Notes under the pieces: generated by a model
Database searches by the model: none
Seen by the model: the letters and a program-made list of their open reading frames with translations, nothing else
Told to the model about the DNA's origin: nothing
Shown: piece by piece, positions 50,801 through 59,400 of the stretch
Layout: each line of letters opens with the position of its first letter
Position numbering within the stretch: position 1 is the stretch's first letter
Virus record (IMG/VR): IMGVR_UViG_3300014205_000212
Location: 10,107 to 74,106 of that record
Strand: one strand, 5' to 3'
Length of the DNA stretch: 64,000 bases
DNA from: a virus
Lineage: Duplodnaviria > Caudoviricetes
Position numbers and translations under genes: made by a program

Positions 50801-52401
50801 ACATCTCCCATTATACCGTTTCCTATGGCACCTGTTAATCCTCCAATCCAAAATGATGAATTAATATCATCCCATGTGTTATACATAGAATATAAACCTT
50901 TACCTTCAGCTAAATCCTTTTTAGTTGAATATATCTTTTTAGCTTCATTAAATACATATCTTGATAATGCATTACCACCAGCTTCTGTACCTTCTTGTAA
51001 TCCTTCTCTTACAAATCCTTCTACTATTTGCTTTCCTTTATTTAATACAGGATTCGACAACTTAATATATTCTGAATCTCCTTTTATAAATTCAACAGCT
51101 TTCTTAATAAATGTTTGCTTACCTTCAATACTATTAATATTAATATTGTTTTGTTGCATATATTCTTTAGCCTTATTAACATCTTTAGTAAGTGTCTTCA
51201 TTGCATCATCTCCAAGACCTCTCACTAACATATCAGCACTTATAAGTCTTTCACTTAGAAATACTGTTGCTGCATCAACCATTGACATATTTAATGCTTC
51301 TTGATGAGATAATCCCATCGCTCTTGATGCATCATAAGAAGGACCCATAACTTGTAATGCCCCAGCTCCTGCAGTCATAGTAGCAAGAGATTTAGATGTC
51401 ATACCTAATAATGATCCTCCATATCCTGCTATATACATCTGTGCTAAAGAACCTATTCCTTGTCCTACATTCTCTAATATCTTTGCATAGTCCTGATTCC
51501 ATTTAGCATTTATTTGTTCTTCAGAAGGTATGTTTCTCCATTTATTTAGATAATCTATATTTTCATTGAAATATCCTTGTACTGATTCATTATATTCGTT
51601 TTTAGTATCTTTATCTATTAGTCCTAATATAGGATCTGTAATAATTGGTTTTACTAAATATTCATTTAAAATCTGCATAGGTGTATAAGGCATTCTTACT
51701 ATACCAGCTGTTACTTCATAAACACCTTTATATAATCCTTCTAATGACGTTATTCCATACTTATCATATGTACCTTCAAAATTATCAAATGCTCTATATC
51801 CAGGTATTGTATAAATATCTTTATCAGGATTATCTATTCTAGCATAATATTCACCAGAATTTTCATCATAAAATATTCCTGATTTATAATCTATCTTTTC
51901 TTGTTGTGTCATAGGTCTATCAATCCATTCTCCTGTGGCACCATCATAGAATTTTGGTTTAGCTAATACTTTATCCAAATCATTGATATGACTTCCAAAT
52001 TCATTAGTTATAGGATCAATATAATCATATTGAGATTTATCTGTATTTATTCTTTCATATCCTCTTCCTTGTATTCCTGTATTAAATATGTCAGAACCAG
52101 AAAATATTTTTTCTCTTGGACCTACTAATGACGGATTTTCTATAATATATGTTTTTAAATTATTTACATAACTATATAAACTTTCAAAATCTTTATCTTG
52201 AATATCTGGATTTTCTGTTTTTATCTTATCATTAATACTTTTATAATAATCAAAATCATGTAACACTAATTCTTGATTAGTATTAAATGCCATCATCAAT
52301 TCATCTACAGTTGCATTTGGAGAACTAAATACTGTCTTATATAAATCTACTTTAGGTTTTTCTATTACTTCTTCTTTTGGTAAATTATCTTGCTCTGCCA
52401 T
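35857..52401 (-). CDS. Virion-packaged RNA polymerase polyprotein (crAss-like), 5514 aa
   Basis: Catalytic loop DSDFDIDQL (DFDID at 40204-40218) and upstream RVPSS; also SF1 helicase, two HExxH and PD-(D/E)XK motifs. Confidence 0.9.
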   Translation of the reverse strand: MAEQDNLPKEEVIEKPKVDLYKTVFSSPNATVDELMMAFNTNQELVLHDFDYYKSINDKIKTENPDIQDKDFESLYSYVNNLKTYIIENPSLVGPREKIFSGSDIFNTGIQGRGYERINTDKSQYDYIDPITNEFGSHINDLDKVLAKPKFYDGATGEWIDRPMTQQEKIDYKSGIFYDENSGEYYARIDNPDKDIYTIPGYRAFDNFEGTYDKYGITSLEGLYKGVYEVTAGIVRMPYTPMQILNEYLVKPIITDPILGLIDKDTKNEYNESVQGYFNENIDYLNKWRNIPSEEQINAKWNQDYAKILENVGQGIGSLAQMYIAGYGGSLLGMTSKSLATMTAGAGALQVMGPSYDASRAMGLSHQEALNMSMVDAATVFLSERLISADMLVRGLGDDAMKTLTKDVNKAKEYMQQNNININSIEGKQTFIKKAVEFIKGDSEYIKLSNPVLNKGKQIVEGFVREGLQEGTEAGGNALSRYVFNEAKKIYSTKKDLAEGKGLYSMYNTWDDINSSFWIGGLTGAIGNGIMGDVGRKRSESIDKIIDKDGIAGATKLIDHLTTLGSKGLLGSNELNIDGEPITIEKTNQQKYEVEYNIPWKNTNTNIVENQNEYLYDLYRRRINERLEDREEFKTSNPLIWNALTNESDEDNYVFKTLNVQRDIKKAKTKLNELTTSLSEAKTEEEKAKIEVEIDKVNEDLNGNKEAYLKLDQLQRKDVIFKRGLLNDYKNLTTIEKGTAFPAFINDRRKQLKVITETVKDSTDKYFEQQKEKITNEFRNSPKYLKEYNKRFAFVNQQLYLNTRDFDLEFNNYISKLNTKENIDALQIKRTNYNTKLTEFNPIINTKGTTKETTNELDRLNKELNSYIFNTDGTLTDNVPLVTMKNDFSQLLSNKIQNIISNITKVVEETESKETDELELMSFNASVKTTLETLNRFKSFLGNSNTRELTDFSSGEIVNVKTEKGIERAIVRKHLQKDNKYIVETKDNPEIIVDKSALTISDEQLIDEQTHYRNYITSGIENELVSIEELINNKNFNINDINFKIDRLQNFIHFMNEFIKAKNILGVSNQIQKHLYLGEKTLSNQELEILSKRLIELESEAQVLSDKVKQLGQSRDAYNNKAKEIHCKNKVYAIKEIQKAIPDIFNEAGLKGAVELLKDIVLSNDKALDISNDNAKLILENNKLLNQIFDTLYKFLNGKKLVTQELIDNIKKQLNVTNEFNYLVKGETANVSTLESLREVSTSEVSSVLIGARSKYIINLLTQMNAVNLNDVDKLILSKLKDKVNISTEEQKESQKLIVSYLIDGMSVLDMYNTGLTNNIKFKNALSISGAYGSGKTMQVLVESLLLHKSLTKTDLKIAVVSLTEDLLTGTKNSLKFYSSSIDTILTKDLLKDNKIDVSKYDVVVIDESSTLTKEDIINLKNKFASVNTKVIFAGDRTQMIPLNSLDLNRYNVYTGLSTFPLTYTFSNEDPALKIMTNWAVSGLTNGNYSTLQGDIMPRVYHEVVDRISRGVKYSLTETDVINDFLSQTSVDKAIIFLNQEEADKFIASNPGLVGKEDFIYVIDPNKSQTKYKNIQGLRMKNIYIAIDFPNYAKYSQYTDDRLKGNVFYTALSRVSNYGYISMIGITSLKYDKKPTWWIDDIKTDIASVNVLNKEKALETKKLEAIYLDKIIYGDDKVKDIKQNASKGINAEVIKAKENINKEDWYVIPSLNNITCKILSDDVNSNGEVSIQLYDDKGNETDKSLINYNLLEKKENKNIEEVNKDSLSIQINEEEVDISVGDVFFINDGNMVELKSIKLNNTVPVFELTNGKIFNQGEFISYINPKVDKTLESKLNKVFKVSDSNLVFGTNFTYIEGLSKEPITQERKDNKRLFTKFIFDNLNINNLELIYLKEASLADAKFRGSNILAIKFVPNQQELKEYMYKLNKTNKELHDYIVNKFTDANGDILLDDDFLFLTVLMDTFKSTELTNENRITNYNRTEAEIEEEINNGFQTSNPSLNQLNLNTARLRKKGFDLSKKDNLEQVSLGLINLSSNESVKGTVIYGKQEQPISSFIESIQNQTSKSDIKFNTKVLFDSLNGRTRLIVRWDYGQINNSSPWVVANTRKLNTSIVNNYIEEDLLMIEEILKDKITPQVNSIINSLHIIQILNNNKSLFSSEELGVISKYLNVVQGLNSITRINTNYEGIKNSSLLDIYAKGFTGINAEVRMLKAFLINLQSGINKTGKKNNEELEISYLTSKLDERYDYLKFSKDGYDITSDEVKEKVITNAEDIHMPYNFFNINNLVDNENKSNDDTYDAELTREKVIDDRLLNKMLRANLTSSIEESNSIINNILGEELWGKNTLYENELVNKGRKCFGLLKDGSIRLRLQNGGVNNPTIRHEIFHVIWNYYLTEEQKTEIYEEVSEVIGIDNKDHAEEWMANKYGYKHQSDKFESIYTVKGLLQRFMKWLEGVYNRYILQTNKLNDLLEEIESGYYKDKSPIINNHHVTKMSSDETLNEEEHLLEEEYDTESSEIINKKVKKSKKVTYQELNKLLGRNVQSLRNEIAHSFVQQSFYSSLSSVKGNNISDIYSNLLQFYKDNEVDAEYKVNIGSEEYSLNELNFDQAKNIESDSDFKKYLRFQLSKKDVFDAIFFDIVSDTNPETLQRMKTTDAMTWSKQFKPADLISNNLKLILETLPYRNIEAFNGKIKLGRWDNKTFFSKHDIESLINEISDRINKRGLKEKSFLLEFKDEILEYVKQQPITTRRAQVAYNLIARLFDTNVVINDTEKVSFEKYIMQADIRKDKESKLRRDELENILNHFGSLNNSLHLQSGFTAEVKQTKNGEIVTTTNINNTNVASLTNEMSQQMIMHMFGFNDRMYESIMNKFVSKKYKQFIVTSDSLSIILGNNVIKLITTEDGVVQLTDEFKSNALFYILKLKKLFGLNGIAPTTFLNLLKDSEATELRVKQIIPNFKTMAPKNKIGENFIANGLLNMFKATYNNINQTLGIEELRNSDTYKDYFGENAPEMSDAIKELYNQDVKNLNVFNDEIEEYKKTIGIYGEKSSVSDKQKMMDEEASEYDNFVGNDFHKPTDLYTFLNVIADMDLQIRPYDRISMIRRKDNTREFKLIQKNSLSRIMNNPKQVMEDIKTELNDNETQAILTSNLVDDNGELLYPIIGTSSNHKNTMTLEYIKPFKGIEGYKGTLQPTSIDLNKMMLGMFIESVKKSSASKLERLSLSLNTVSDTESLFKAEIIFDNNGTERMFYTVLNNGQIESIKLNDNLINNHVDLEFKRLKRENSLSTRRWKRFSKYLLDTKLFSANEMTDLLSDEKDIFKPGNHLLLYNAFESFQNRLSEENKKAFYQAVLLNLKDGKDYIVSKTKEVDKITGKEKIKTIILPGLALTYQSYIKNSKLNYNRVFNYENSVKWESDKSTSNRDKLFALTYREYTNKLYELKTMLPKDVASLNGVDGGVYYDKNNNLNPLLKGHFFSYMFTNQNIMPLIMNHTTAFSDLSKQTKYLGPTTTPANYANIGESISEDGIELKAKYYIIDDQGYNNDTYIKDEKLGKSIPRNDGGMTSFPIFSRLIIKNFGGETNVPFQGKVYKTLLVDHDYVTDNHHTIKHSSEDITTESYNINLLDRIKLDSMLFSWDQDNIDSFKENDLGEYTFNGRAKFMKYFASTKSIEKASDMLIEDLNKDENKKIIKSNIPWGIAGTTNSKSGTEIVNPFNFEGIYATNDKGEVVTQRLYGREFNTRNLGFVLNPYQDIENTKNVQLMHQILSIIGTGEETNKDNANDIFTAFSLIYDMENANIIEEIGNDFDSWLRTTGLSSINRSKYAGALGEVLSTKTLSLQTNNVRIPLIQIIRNYMTSSLIRQKVNGIRSTQLSGDGILIFEDANGQTRLLNSIEKEFGTIDNLTLTEAKKNGTFGEFKVRDLKTLDITKEGLQEAEVVASYSHFKKYGFLETENINDARFLYYTTKEGDLKKVAHTLIDEKIVEELKTSVINREKTILLRNEDKEVLSLGDYITALETFEDSLNLYLVRVPSSRLGFGIPAKIIGFIQDKGNVIYINPKLTILNDSDFDIDQLQVYYKSASASLKASGISILSDIKELDSYNKLNDYIIEKIKSVYNIENAENILLESSVDAINDIANNSIKVTETEDFNNLTEKEQKKYLKLRDRGFANKSFNLYNTMISQYEMTNSGLRSIDILAKSLSTVSYLMQLKEEQLSSLMPGFKDIVSLSKVKGLKSIPIRIGDYLVLAIDNIKNSSLGKMGVDETTSPIVPILLMLGYNDIQIKLFLNEPIIKSVYADVKEGFNVLESKQEHRILDIINRYLLNIESNTKRIYEREKEYKQSYDKAKIFVTRDTITKQVVINNPNKLYVFGDNIENYESPIGPGKGIKSIRGMENALNIIDSGDLSLMNIEAYKTHVDSRINKVLSRSKEGKIVILHKEELGKSIKETFPLHYKYLNSKFNEMKIALMGEQEEIELDEQDLSNIDDIIKENTELLTTLQDIVSKSEWIRRFGSVVGTRNGLKVNDFEFASTISEIEKMGMSIDDLLDNKEWQSNNHEENFKLSDNEYYRAKLAEERLSSGTTIVRDTYNYNTTEVVKKMIEQQQYVSLASDKTHYVDRNTEGEIEYYYQRSSDYLSTIKGKKITSVKSVAIEVGNMSDEILRKYFNGVSLKYEDYASAFTSKDVFDKYVTYLKSLKEGFELRGEKVYASNIKLKSRELEGEIKGIKSDNIGVAGELDIITVDKKGSFRIYDLKTMTQKSYDNYNNEYESGNAIYESKAKANKDQLNLYDKLLLLNLNVSTVNNFDITKETSGLNILPVIVSYNEQGVISDINDKPIISVKKWTNDESKFYVDRVIKVRPSNIGKGELLTEALIRRERNIYSNGNLVEIARSFPHFMKNISLIRQQRDLEKDYFYMYSDAIKEIEQYHLRRNELQKWDYQNNMINFQKLFAKPINDIYFKQYYSDRTFDLSTKELNIFGQYSSNENILQKLNLSLLSDRELFISKFPEFFITFRDDVKELTDLQIMEKYPEYNFSPDQLNKLRRSDFFSQIETTGFEGTQTLILRNSMEINENTIKKYVDEFRSFPNKIKELMQIYEIIQRDLKFINGSILHVMGVDWMKNYSESIKAFESKLSDKNFRDNIASQLSDIMFNSYRGSNFYSKEKHSTDIYGARPDVVLKKVYLDKKLYQFKHIKKSLDNLYLDTNAVWVNNNQVDTDKVIKKATSFELIKVFSAEEESDMNKDNFIPIIKTFLNGYNYDPKSVYSTKTGVLIKAVPIDNTTVKFVKADVNEESANLLEKIKELNSKFSLDSTDLKFMDGLRLNRENLTMFIQYLQSMVPGLKINIFTTEQMNEHLGRPINTRALVHNGEIYVNSDIVLTTDLVHEIAHLWFKTLRISDKSKYNELVEEAVTMINENHELSEMIKQKFERNNIKYTPGDLVEEIICTVAGLSSEKAVRDFMLNNNNIKFNDSKAINEIWNYIANKRGEIYNALNNTMNKDGILNTEISFAEFKNTNTQKVNC

Positions 52402-52402
52402 A

Positions 52403-54673
52403 TTATTTGTCTAAAATTAAATTTACAATATTTTGATTTTTTGGATTTGATAATAGTTGGGTATTATAATGATTTGCTACATCATTTCCTTTTCCTTGTA
52501 AATACCATGCTTCAGGAATTGGAATAAGAACTTCTATTGCATGATAACTACCTTCTGCATCAGGAGATGATGATACGGGCTGCATTTCATAATATTTACT
52601 TCCATTATCTCTAGTTTTAGAAACTTTTTCATATACATCTTTTACTCCAAATGTATTTTTTAATATATCTGGTATTTCATCGAATGTGTCATCTGATTCC
52701 CATATAAAAGAACTTTCTTTTGCTTTACTATAATTTACTTTTTTTATTCCATCTACTGTTGTTACTATTTTATCTTCATCATCTTTCTTTAATTTAGCTT
52801 CTGGTATTTGAATATCCTCTATTAAATCTGAATTATCTTTATTAACTAAAACAGTTGCAGTTATATATTTTTCTATTACAAGATTTCCTTTATTATCAAC
52901 TTCGTAATCGTTTATTAATTTTCCTGTTTCCGGATCCTTTTTCCTTTTTGGTGCTTCTATTATATCAGTACCAAATTCTAATAATTCAACTGTTCCTGCT
53001 TGTTTGCCTTTTATATTTAAAACATTCCCATTAGTTTTAATTATAAATGAACCATTATTAAATTCAGAAGTCAATAAATCGGTAGAAGTTCCATTTTCTT
53101 TTTGACTATTATTATAACCATAATCTTTATTTAATTTTGGAACTTCTTCATATGATGATGCACTTACAGTTCTAGCTTCATAATCTTCTGTTCCTATAAG
53201 TTTTCCATTTTCAAATACTGGAATTAATAATTTTTGAAGCTCTTTTGTTTTATCAAAATAACTTCCTGATGAAATTGCACCCCAGAAATTTACTTTTGGT
53301 TCTGTAGCATCATTTCCACTTCCACCTCTTTGTAATTTATTTAAATCCCAAAATTCATCTATACTTTCTGTATATTTAGTACTAACATTTTGTTCGTATT
53401 TTGATATTGCTAAATCTCTTATATATTTTTTAACCATATTATTATAACCAATTCTATCTTCTGATTTTGTAAAATCAAATGAATTAGTCATTTTTTTATA
53501 CATCATATCATAATCTTCAAAATAATATCTATTTATATCTTCACTTGTTAAATTAACTTCCTCTTTAATCCCATCTTCATTAGTTTTAGATATAGTTGAT
53601 TTACCATTTAAAGTTAATGTTTTTAAACTATTTCTATATTCTATTTCTATATCTTTTTTATTATCTATTAGCGTTTTTATTAATTCAGGTTTATAATTAA
53701 TATCATTTTTTTTATCAAATTGATGTGCTAAATCCAATTTCGCTGTTTCTGATAATTGATTGTATATATTATCTACTAAAGCTAGAAGTTCAGGTTCATT
53801 TGTTGTATATCCATTTTTAGCTAAATATGCTACTACTGCTCCATCATTAGCAGTTAAAGAAACATATGATTTTTTCCCATTTGCATCTGTAACTTCTTTA
53901 ACTACTTGTTGACCGTTATTATTTATTGTAGTAAGTTTAAATGAACCATCAATGTTTTTAATATATTCATCATTACTTCTATTTTGTCCTTTAGTTTCTT
54001 GAAATAATTTATCTATTTCTGCAATAGCTTTATCTTTATAGTTATAATTATATTTACTTGTTGAACTTTCTACGATAGGTGTTCCATCTTTCATCCAATT
54101 TACTCTTGCAAATTGTCCTTCTAATTGTTGGTCTTTATTTGTTCTTTGACTTTTAACAGTAAGTCCATCATAGTTTTTAGCATTTATATATTCAGGTACA
54201 TATATTCCTTGTGATTGAATCATTGCAGTATCTTCGCCAGTCAACCATACATTATCTAAATTATTTCTTTGTTGATAATGAGCATCTTTTTCTTTTTCTA
54301 TTTGACTTAATGCTGTCTTAATTTTATTCTTTTTATTATATGCTTGTTCTAATTGAAAAAATTTATTATCTCCACCTTTCTTTTTATTCTCTTGTTCATA
54401 GTATATACTAAAATCTCCTGTCTTAATTACTTCTGATTCCATTTCATTAAGTAACCTTGTAATATTATTACCTACATTCTCATAAGCATTAATAATATCT
54501 GAATTAGCTTGTGCTAGTCCTTTAGGTTCTATATCATCAATCTTTGGTTTAAATGATGCTAGTTGTCTTTTAAAAGCAGTAATAGGGATATCTCCTAAAC
54601 TAAATTGTAATCTACCTTCAGGTTGTACCGGAAGAAACAATGGTTGTCCTCCTCTATTTGAACCTATTCCCAT
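52403..54673 (-). CDS. Ejection/cargo protein
   Basis: 756 aa, between the muzzle genes and the vRNAP. Confidence 0.65.
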   Translation of the reverse strand: MGIGSNRGGQPLFLPVQPEGRLQFSLGDIPITAFKRQLASFKPKIDDIEPKGLAQANSDIINAYENVGNNITRLLNEMESEVIKTGDFSIYYEQENKKKGGDNKFFQLEQAYNKKNKIKTALSQIEKEKDAHYQQRNNLDNVWLTGEDTAMIQSQGIYVPEYINAKNYDGLTVKSQRTNKDQQLEGQFARVNWMKDGTPIVESSTSKYNYNYKDKAIAEIDKLFQETKGQNRSNDEYIKNIDGSFKLTTINNNGQQVVKEVTDANGKKSYVSLTANDGAVVAYLAKNGYTTNEPELLALVDNIYNQLSETAKLDLAHQFDKKNDINYKPELIKTLIDNKKDIEIEYRNSLKTLTLNGKSTISKTNEDGIKEEVNLTSEDINRYYFEDYDMMYKKMTNSFDFTKSEDRIGYNNMVKKYIRDLAISKYEQNVSTKYTESIDEFWDLNKLQRGGSGNDATEPKVNFWGAISSGSYFDKTKELQKLLIPVFENGKLIGTEDYEARTVSASSYEEVPKLNKDYGYNNSQKENGTSTDLLTSEFNNGSFIIKTNGNVLNIKGKQAGTVELLEFGTDIIEAPKRKKDPETGKLINDYEVDNKGNLVIEKYITATVLVNKDNSDLIEDIQIPEAKLKKDDEDKIVTTVDGIKKVNYSKAKESSFIWESDDTFDEIPDILKNTFGVKDVYEKVSKTRDNGSKYYEMQPVSSSPDAEGSYHAIEVLIPIPEAWYLQGKGNDVANHYNTQLLSNPKNQNIVNLILDK

Positions 54674-54684
54674 ATAATTAATTT

Positions 54685-55737
54685 TTATTCGTCTGTGTTT
54701 TCTTTTAGTTGTTTTTTTATTCTTTCAAATTCTTCTGGTTTTAAAGATGCCATTTTATCCATGAATAATAAATCAGAACCTTTATTGTTTTTCAGGAATT
54801 CTTGTATCTTATCCATCTCTGCTCTTTGTCTATTTACTCCTGTAAATCTATTAAGAATTCTATCTTGTAATGCACTTATGATTGCTCCTGATTGATTATT
54901 TTCTTCTATCTTTTTTTTCATATTTAAATTAGAGGTCTGTGCATCTATTCCAGACTGTGCATTTCTATATGCATCATATCTCTGTGCTTCTGAAGATAAC
55001 CATTGTTTTTCCTGTCCTGCAATACCTTGTAATCCTTGTACTTGATTTTTATTTGTTTCAGCCAATATAGATGATGTTGCATCTAATTGTCCATTCTCTT
55101 TTAGATATTTATAGGCATTTGCTGCATTAGATGCTAAAACTGTGTTTAATTCATTTATCTGTAAGTCTTTTGTAGAAAGTGTTGGTGTGAATGATTGTTT
55201 ACTTCCTACATAAGGTTCAGATGGACCTCTAAAAAACTCTTTTAATCCATTATATATATCGCCTCCTATTCCTGATGCTTCTACAATATATTGATTATTT
55301 TGAATACGATTAAATCTATTTTCTAATGATTGTGGAACATTAGGTTGTCTTAATGATGGTGTTTTGGTAGGGTTAGTAGGTGTTTCTTTATTTATTATTT
55401 CTTGTGTATTTTCTAAATCATTTAAAGCATTATCTAAATTACTTGAACTTTGATTTAATCTATCTATTTTTCTTAATTTATTATTTGTATCTACATCTAA
55501 ATTTACTATATCATTAATAGGACTTGATTTTCCAGATGATAAATAATTATTTAATAAATTATTTATACCTAAATATCCTTGACCATATTTTTCAACATCT
55601 GTAATATATTTTGTATTTGTAAAATTATCATCAGGTTGAAGCACTCCTCTATTTATCCCATAAAGATTATTTAAATAACTTACAACAGTATCTATGTTTA
55701 TGTTATTATATTTACTTGTTTGTAATGGATTAGGCAT
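54685..55737 (-). CDS. Ejection/cargo protein (Q/N-rich coiled coil)
   Basis: 350 aa, helical low-complexity composition, gene position. Confidence 0.6.
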   Translation of the reverse strand: MPNPLQTSKYNNINIDTVVSYLNNLYGINRGVLQPDDNFTNTKYITDVEKYGQGYLGINNLLNNYLSSGKSSPINDIVNLDVDTNNKLRKIDRLNQSSSNLDNALNDLENTQEIINKETPTNPTKTPSLRQPNVPQSLENRFNRIQNNQYIVEASGIGGDIYNGLKEFFRGPSEPYVGSKQSFTPTLSTKDLQINELNTVLASNAANAYKYLKENGQLDATSSILAETNKNQVQGLQGIAGQEKQWLSSEAQRYDAYRNAQSGIDAQTSNLNMKKKIEENNQSGAIISALQDRILNRFTGVNRQRAEMDKIQEFLKNNKGSDLLFMDKMASLKPEEFERIKKQLKENTDE

Positions 55738-55741
55738 ATCT

Positions 55742-56476
55742 TTAAAATTTAAATTCGTATATATTATTTGTTTTTTTATCTAAATATGGATTAGAATAAT
55801 TAGGAACCTTAATATTTGCATTATTTTGCATTATATATCTATTTATATTCTGTTCCGGAATAAATGTTTCATTATTATATCCTCCAATATATTGATTTAA
55901 TTTATTATAATCTATTCCTATATTATTCATGAAGTTATTACTTGTAATTTGTTTATTTGATGTAATAGAAGGACTATTGAGATCAAACTTACCTTTTATT
56001 TTATTCCCTTGCATTATTACATTTTTAGGATCTGTATTACTTAATTTAAATGTAGGGACATTTTGTAATCCTGATGAATCAACTTTAGGTTTTGCCATAG
56101 TAGGTTTACTAAACATAGATGAAATTTGTGTACCTGTTAATATTCCTTGTGTTCCTATATCCATTATTTTTCCTAATGTTGTATTCTTTTGTTCTTGCAT
56201 TGTACTTTGGAAAGCATAATCTTTCTCCAAATCACCTAACCTATATCCTGCATTAGGATCACCTTGTGTCATTCTTAATTGAAACTTCTTCTTTAAAGGA
56301 TCATCTTTAATCATCAATCCTGTTGCATTACCTAATAAGTTTCCTGCGACAGCTCCAATTCCTGCTCCAATTAGAGTTCCTACTCCGGGTACTATTGAAC
56401 CTATTCCTGCTCCAATTCCTGCTCCTGCTGCAGTAGAACCTAATGTTATTCCACTTTTTATTTCTTTCTGTGACAT
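55742..56476 (-). CDS. Ejection protein with Gly-zipper membrane helix
   Basis: AAGAGIGAGIGSIVPGVGTLIGAGIGAVAG. Confidence 0.7.
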   Translation of the reverse strand: MSQKEIKSGITLGSTAAGAGIGAGIGSIVPGVGTLIGAGIGAVAGNLLGNATGLMIKDDPLKKKFQLRMTQGDPNAGYRLGDLEKDYAFQSTMQEQKNTTLGKIMDIGTQGILTGTQISSMFSKPTMAKPKVDSSGLQNVPTFKLSNTDPKNVIMQGNKIKGKFDLNSPSITSNKQITSNNFMNNIGIDYNKLNQYIGGYNNETFIPEQNINRYIMQNNANIKVPNYSNPYLDKKTNNIYEFKF

Positions 56477-56477
56477 A

Positions 56478-59400
56478 TTATGTAAATGAATTTTCGAAAT
56501 TAGTGATTATATTCTTTAAATACAAATCCTCTATTCCACTATAGTTTAAATTTATTTTCAACCATTCTCCTCTCATATTAGAATTTATCATCATTTCAAT
56601 ATTATTTGTAAAGAATGAATTTGTAGGAGTTGTCTGTACTTGAATAGGGAATTTCCATTTTCCTTCTACATATTCTGGTCTCAACCAAAATCTAACATCA
56701 TTAACATCAAAAGCATCATGTAACCCTGTTTGTGAAGATGTATTATATATTATTTGCGTAAAACCTAAATCTCCTGATTCTATTTCTAATGAATCAAAAC
56801 GTTTACTAAGTAAAGGAGAATTACCATTACATATAACACTAATATCAAAGTTTCTTGTTGTTCCATAGAAAGTTTGTTTATTCGATGTTGTTCCATTAAA
56901 TAGATATGGTCTATCATGTAAGTATATTCTTCTTTCACCACTATAATTATTAGTAGAATAACACAAAGAATAAAAATCATTATTGATATTAGCATAAATA
57001 GGAGATGTAAAAGAATATTCACATGTAAATTCTTCAAGTATTTCATTAAAGGCATATGTAGTAGATTTAGTTCCATATAATATTGTAAATAATATATCAC
57101 TATACTTCTTATCATATCCTAATGATACTCCTTGATTTAAATATATCATATCAGATAATTGACTTTCTATATCTGTTAATTTTTCTATCCCTTCTAATAA
57201 TGAATAAACTTTTGTAGAGAAACTTTCACTTAAAGTTAAGTCTTGTGGTGCTCTTTTAGCTGATACTCTAAATATAGCCCTCTTATTCCAATCTAAAGCA
57301 TATATACCATTAAATCCTTTTACTGTTGCTCTTCTATGTTGAATACCATTTTCTAATACTGTATGTGTTGACTGCTCTAATATATCTCCTCTACCTACTA
57401 CTACTTCTCCTTCATTGGTAGGAACATTCATCTGTCTTTGGTCAGTGAAATGTATATTTGTCCTTCTATGTTGAAATGAATATAAATATTTATTATCCGT
57501 TTCTAATTTCATTATAGGTCCAGGAGTAATATCATAATCTTTATATGACATAATCTTTAAATTCCTAAAAGCATCTGTATAAGAATTTTCTATTATCTTA
57601 TCTGAATATCTTATCCTTGTTTCATAATTTATCTGTCTATAGTCATTATCTCTATCATAATGATAATGTCTTATTGAAGACCTTACAACATTATAACCAT
57701 AGTTTATTGCTAAACTTTCTGTCTTATCTGAAGTATCAGGATTGAATACAGCAAAAGATTTTAAACCATCTTCTCCACATGCAGGATAAAATGTTCTATC
57801 TTTTTGACTAATACGCATCTCTGTATTAATTTCATTCTCTGTAATCATCTCCATAACTAATCCATGACCATTATAGATTAATCTTTGTTCATCATTATCT
57901 TCTCTTCTATCTTGATCTGCTCCTGTTATTTCATAAATGTTTTCTACTTGTGTAGGAATAAATGATGTACCTCTATAACTCATTACTTTGATATAAGTGC
58001 TTTGTAAGAAACAATCACCTTTATAATAAGGATTACCTATATTAGTAACTTCAAATCCTTCATGTGTTGTTGTATTCCATAATATCAAATCAGATATTTT
58101 AGAATACCATGTATGTTTTAAATCAAAATATGTCGGTAATGTAGTTGCATTTAATGTTGAAGGATCTATCTTATAAAGGCTTACATGTCTTAGATTTAAA
58201 TTACTTACATGTGAATCTAATGTAATCCCTATATATTTACTTGTACTCATAGATCTATTAGAAGAACATTCCCATCTTTCATCTGTCTCTTCTTTGAAAA
58301 AATACCACATACAAGTTCCTGACTGTGTTACATTACTTGTTTCTATAGTATCTACTCCTATATCTGTATATTCAGATACAAATCCATTCTTTGCATTATT
58401 CGTTCTTCTAAACTTATCTACATTGACTGTATCAATAGTATATATAGTACTATTACTTTCATCTACTATATCATATATTGATGTTTTCCACCACATAGGA
58501 TAAGTATCTACATCACTTTTACTTACTATATCTATAGGGCTTCTATATAATAATCTTCCAACTAAAACATTTTGATTTTCTTCATAATCTACTTTTCCAT
58601 TAACAATCATTTTATAATTAGAATCTATAATAGATGTTTGGTTTAAAATATTATCCGGAGAAAATAACCCATATTTTTTTTCTACATAAAATACTCTTGA
58701 CATATAATTCCTAAACACCTTTCTATTATCGCTTGCCTTTAAATGCCAATATGTATTTGGCATAAATCCTTTATAAATAGGAATTACAAATTCATCATCA
58801 TTATAAGATAATCCATTAGAAATATTTACTGTTGGACTTACATCTTTTTTACCTCCAAACATTTTTATATTTTCTGTTTTACCTCTATTGGCACCCCAAT
58901 ATTCTGATTCAGATTGATCTTCTGAATATTTTTTACAGGACTGTCCTACCCAAGGTGAATATTGTATAGGTGATGTTGGTACTCCTATAGTACAAATACT
59001 AGTAGTTGGTGCTATATTTGAAAGATATGTATATAGATTAGTAGAAACATTACATTGATTTATTGATTGACCATGTTGCAAAGAACCATAATATGTATAT
59101 ATTGAATATCTTAAATCATTAGTATAATTATGATTTAAATCTAAAAATAATGAAGCACTTTCTATTACTTGTTCTTTTATTCCATCATAATGATCTAAAA
59201 ATTCTGTTGTATTTTCTTTTACACTATCCCAAAATCTATAACCTCTACATCCATACATTGTAATACCTTGATATTGCATGTTCTTAAATCTATCTCCTCT
59301 AACATAATAATAACCTATTATATTATCATTAAAATAGTTTTGTGCATCTATATTACTTAATAGATAGTTATTGGCTGTATTATTCTCAAAATAGATACCT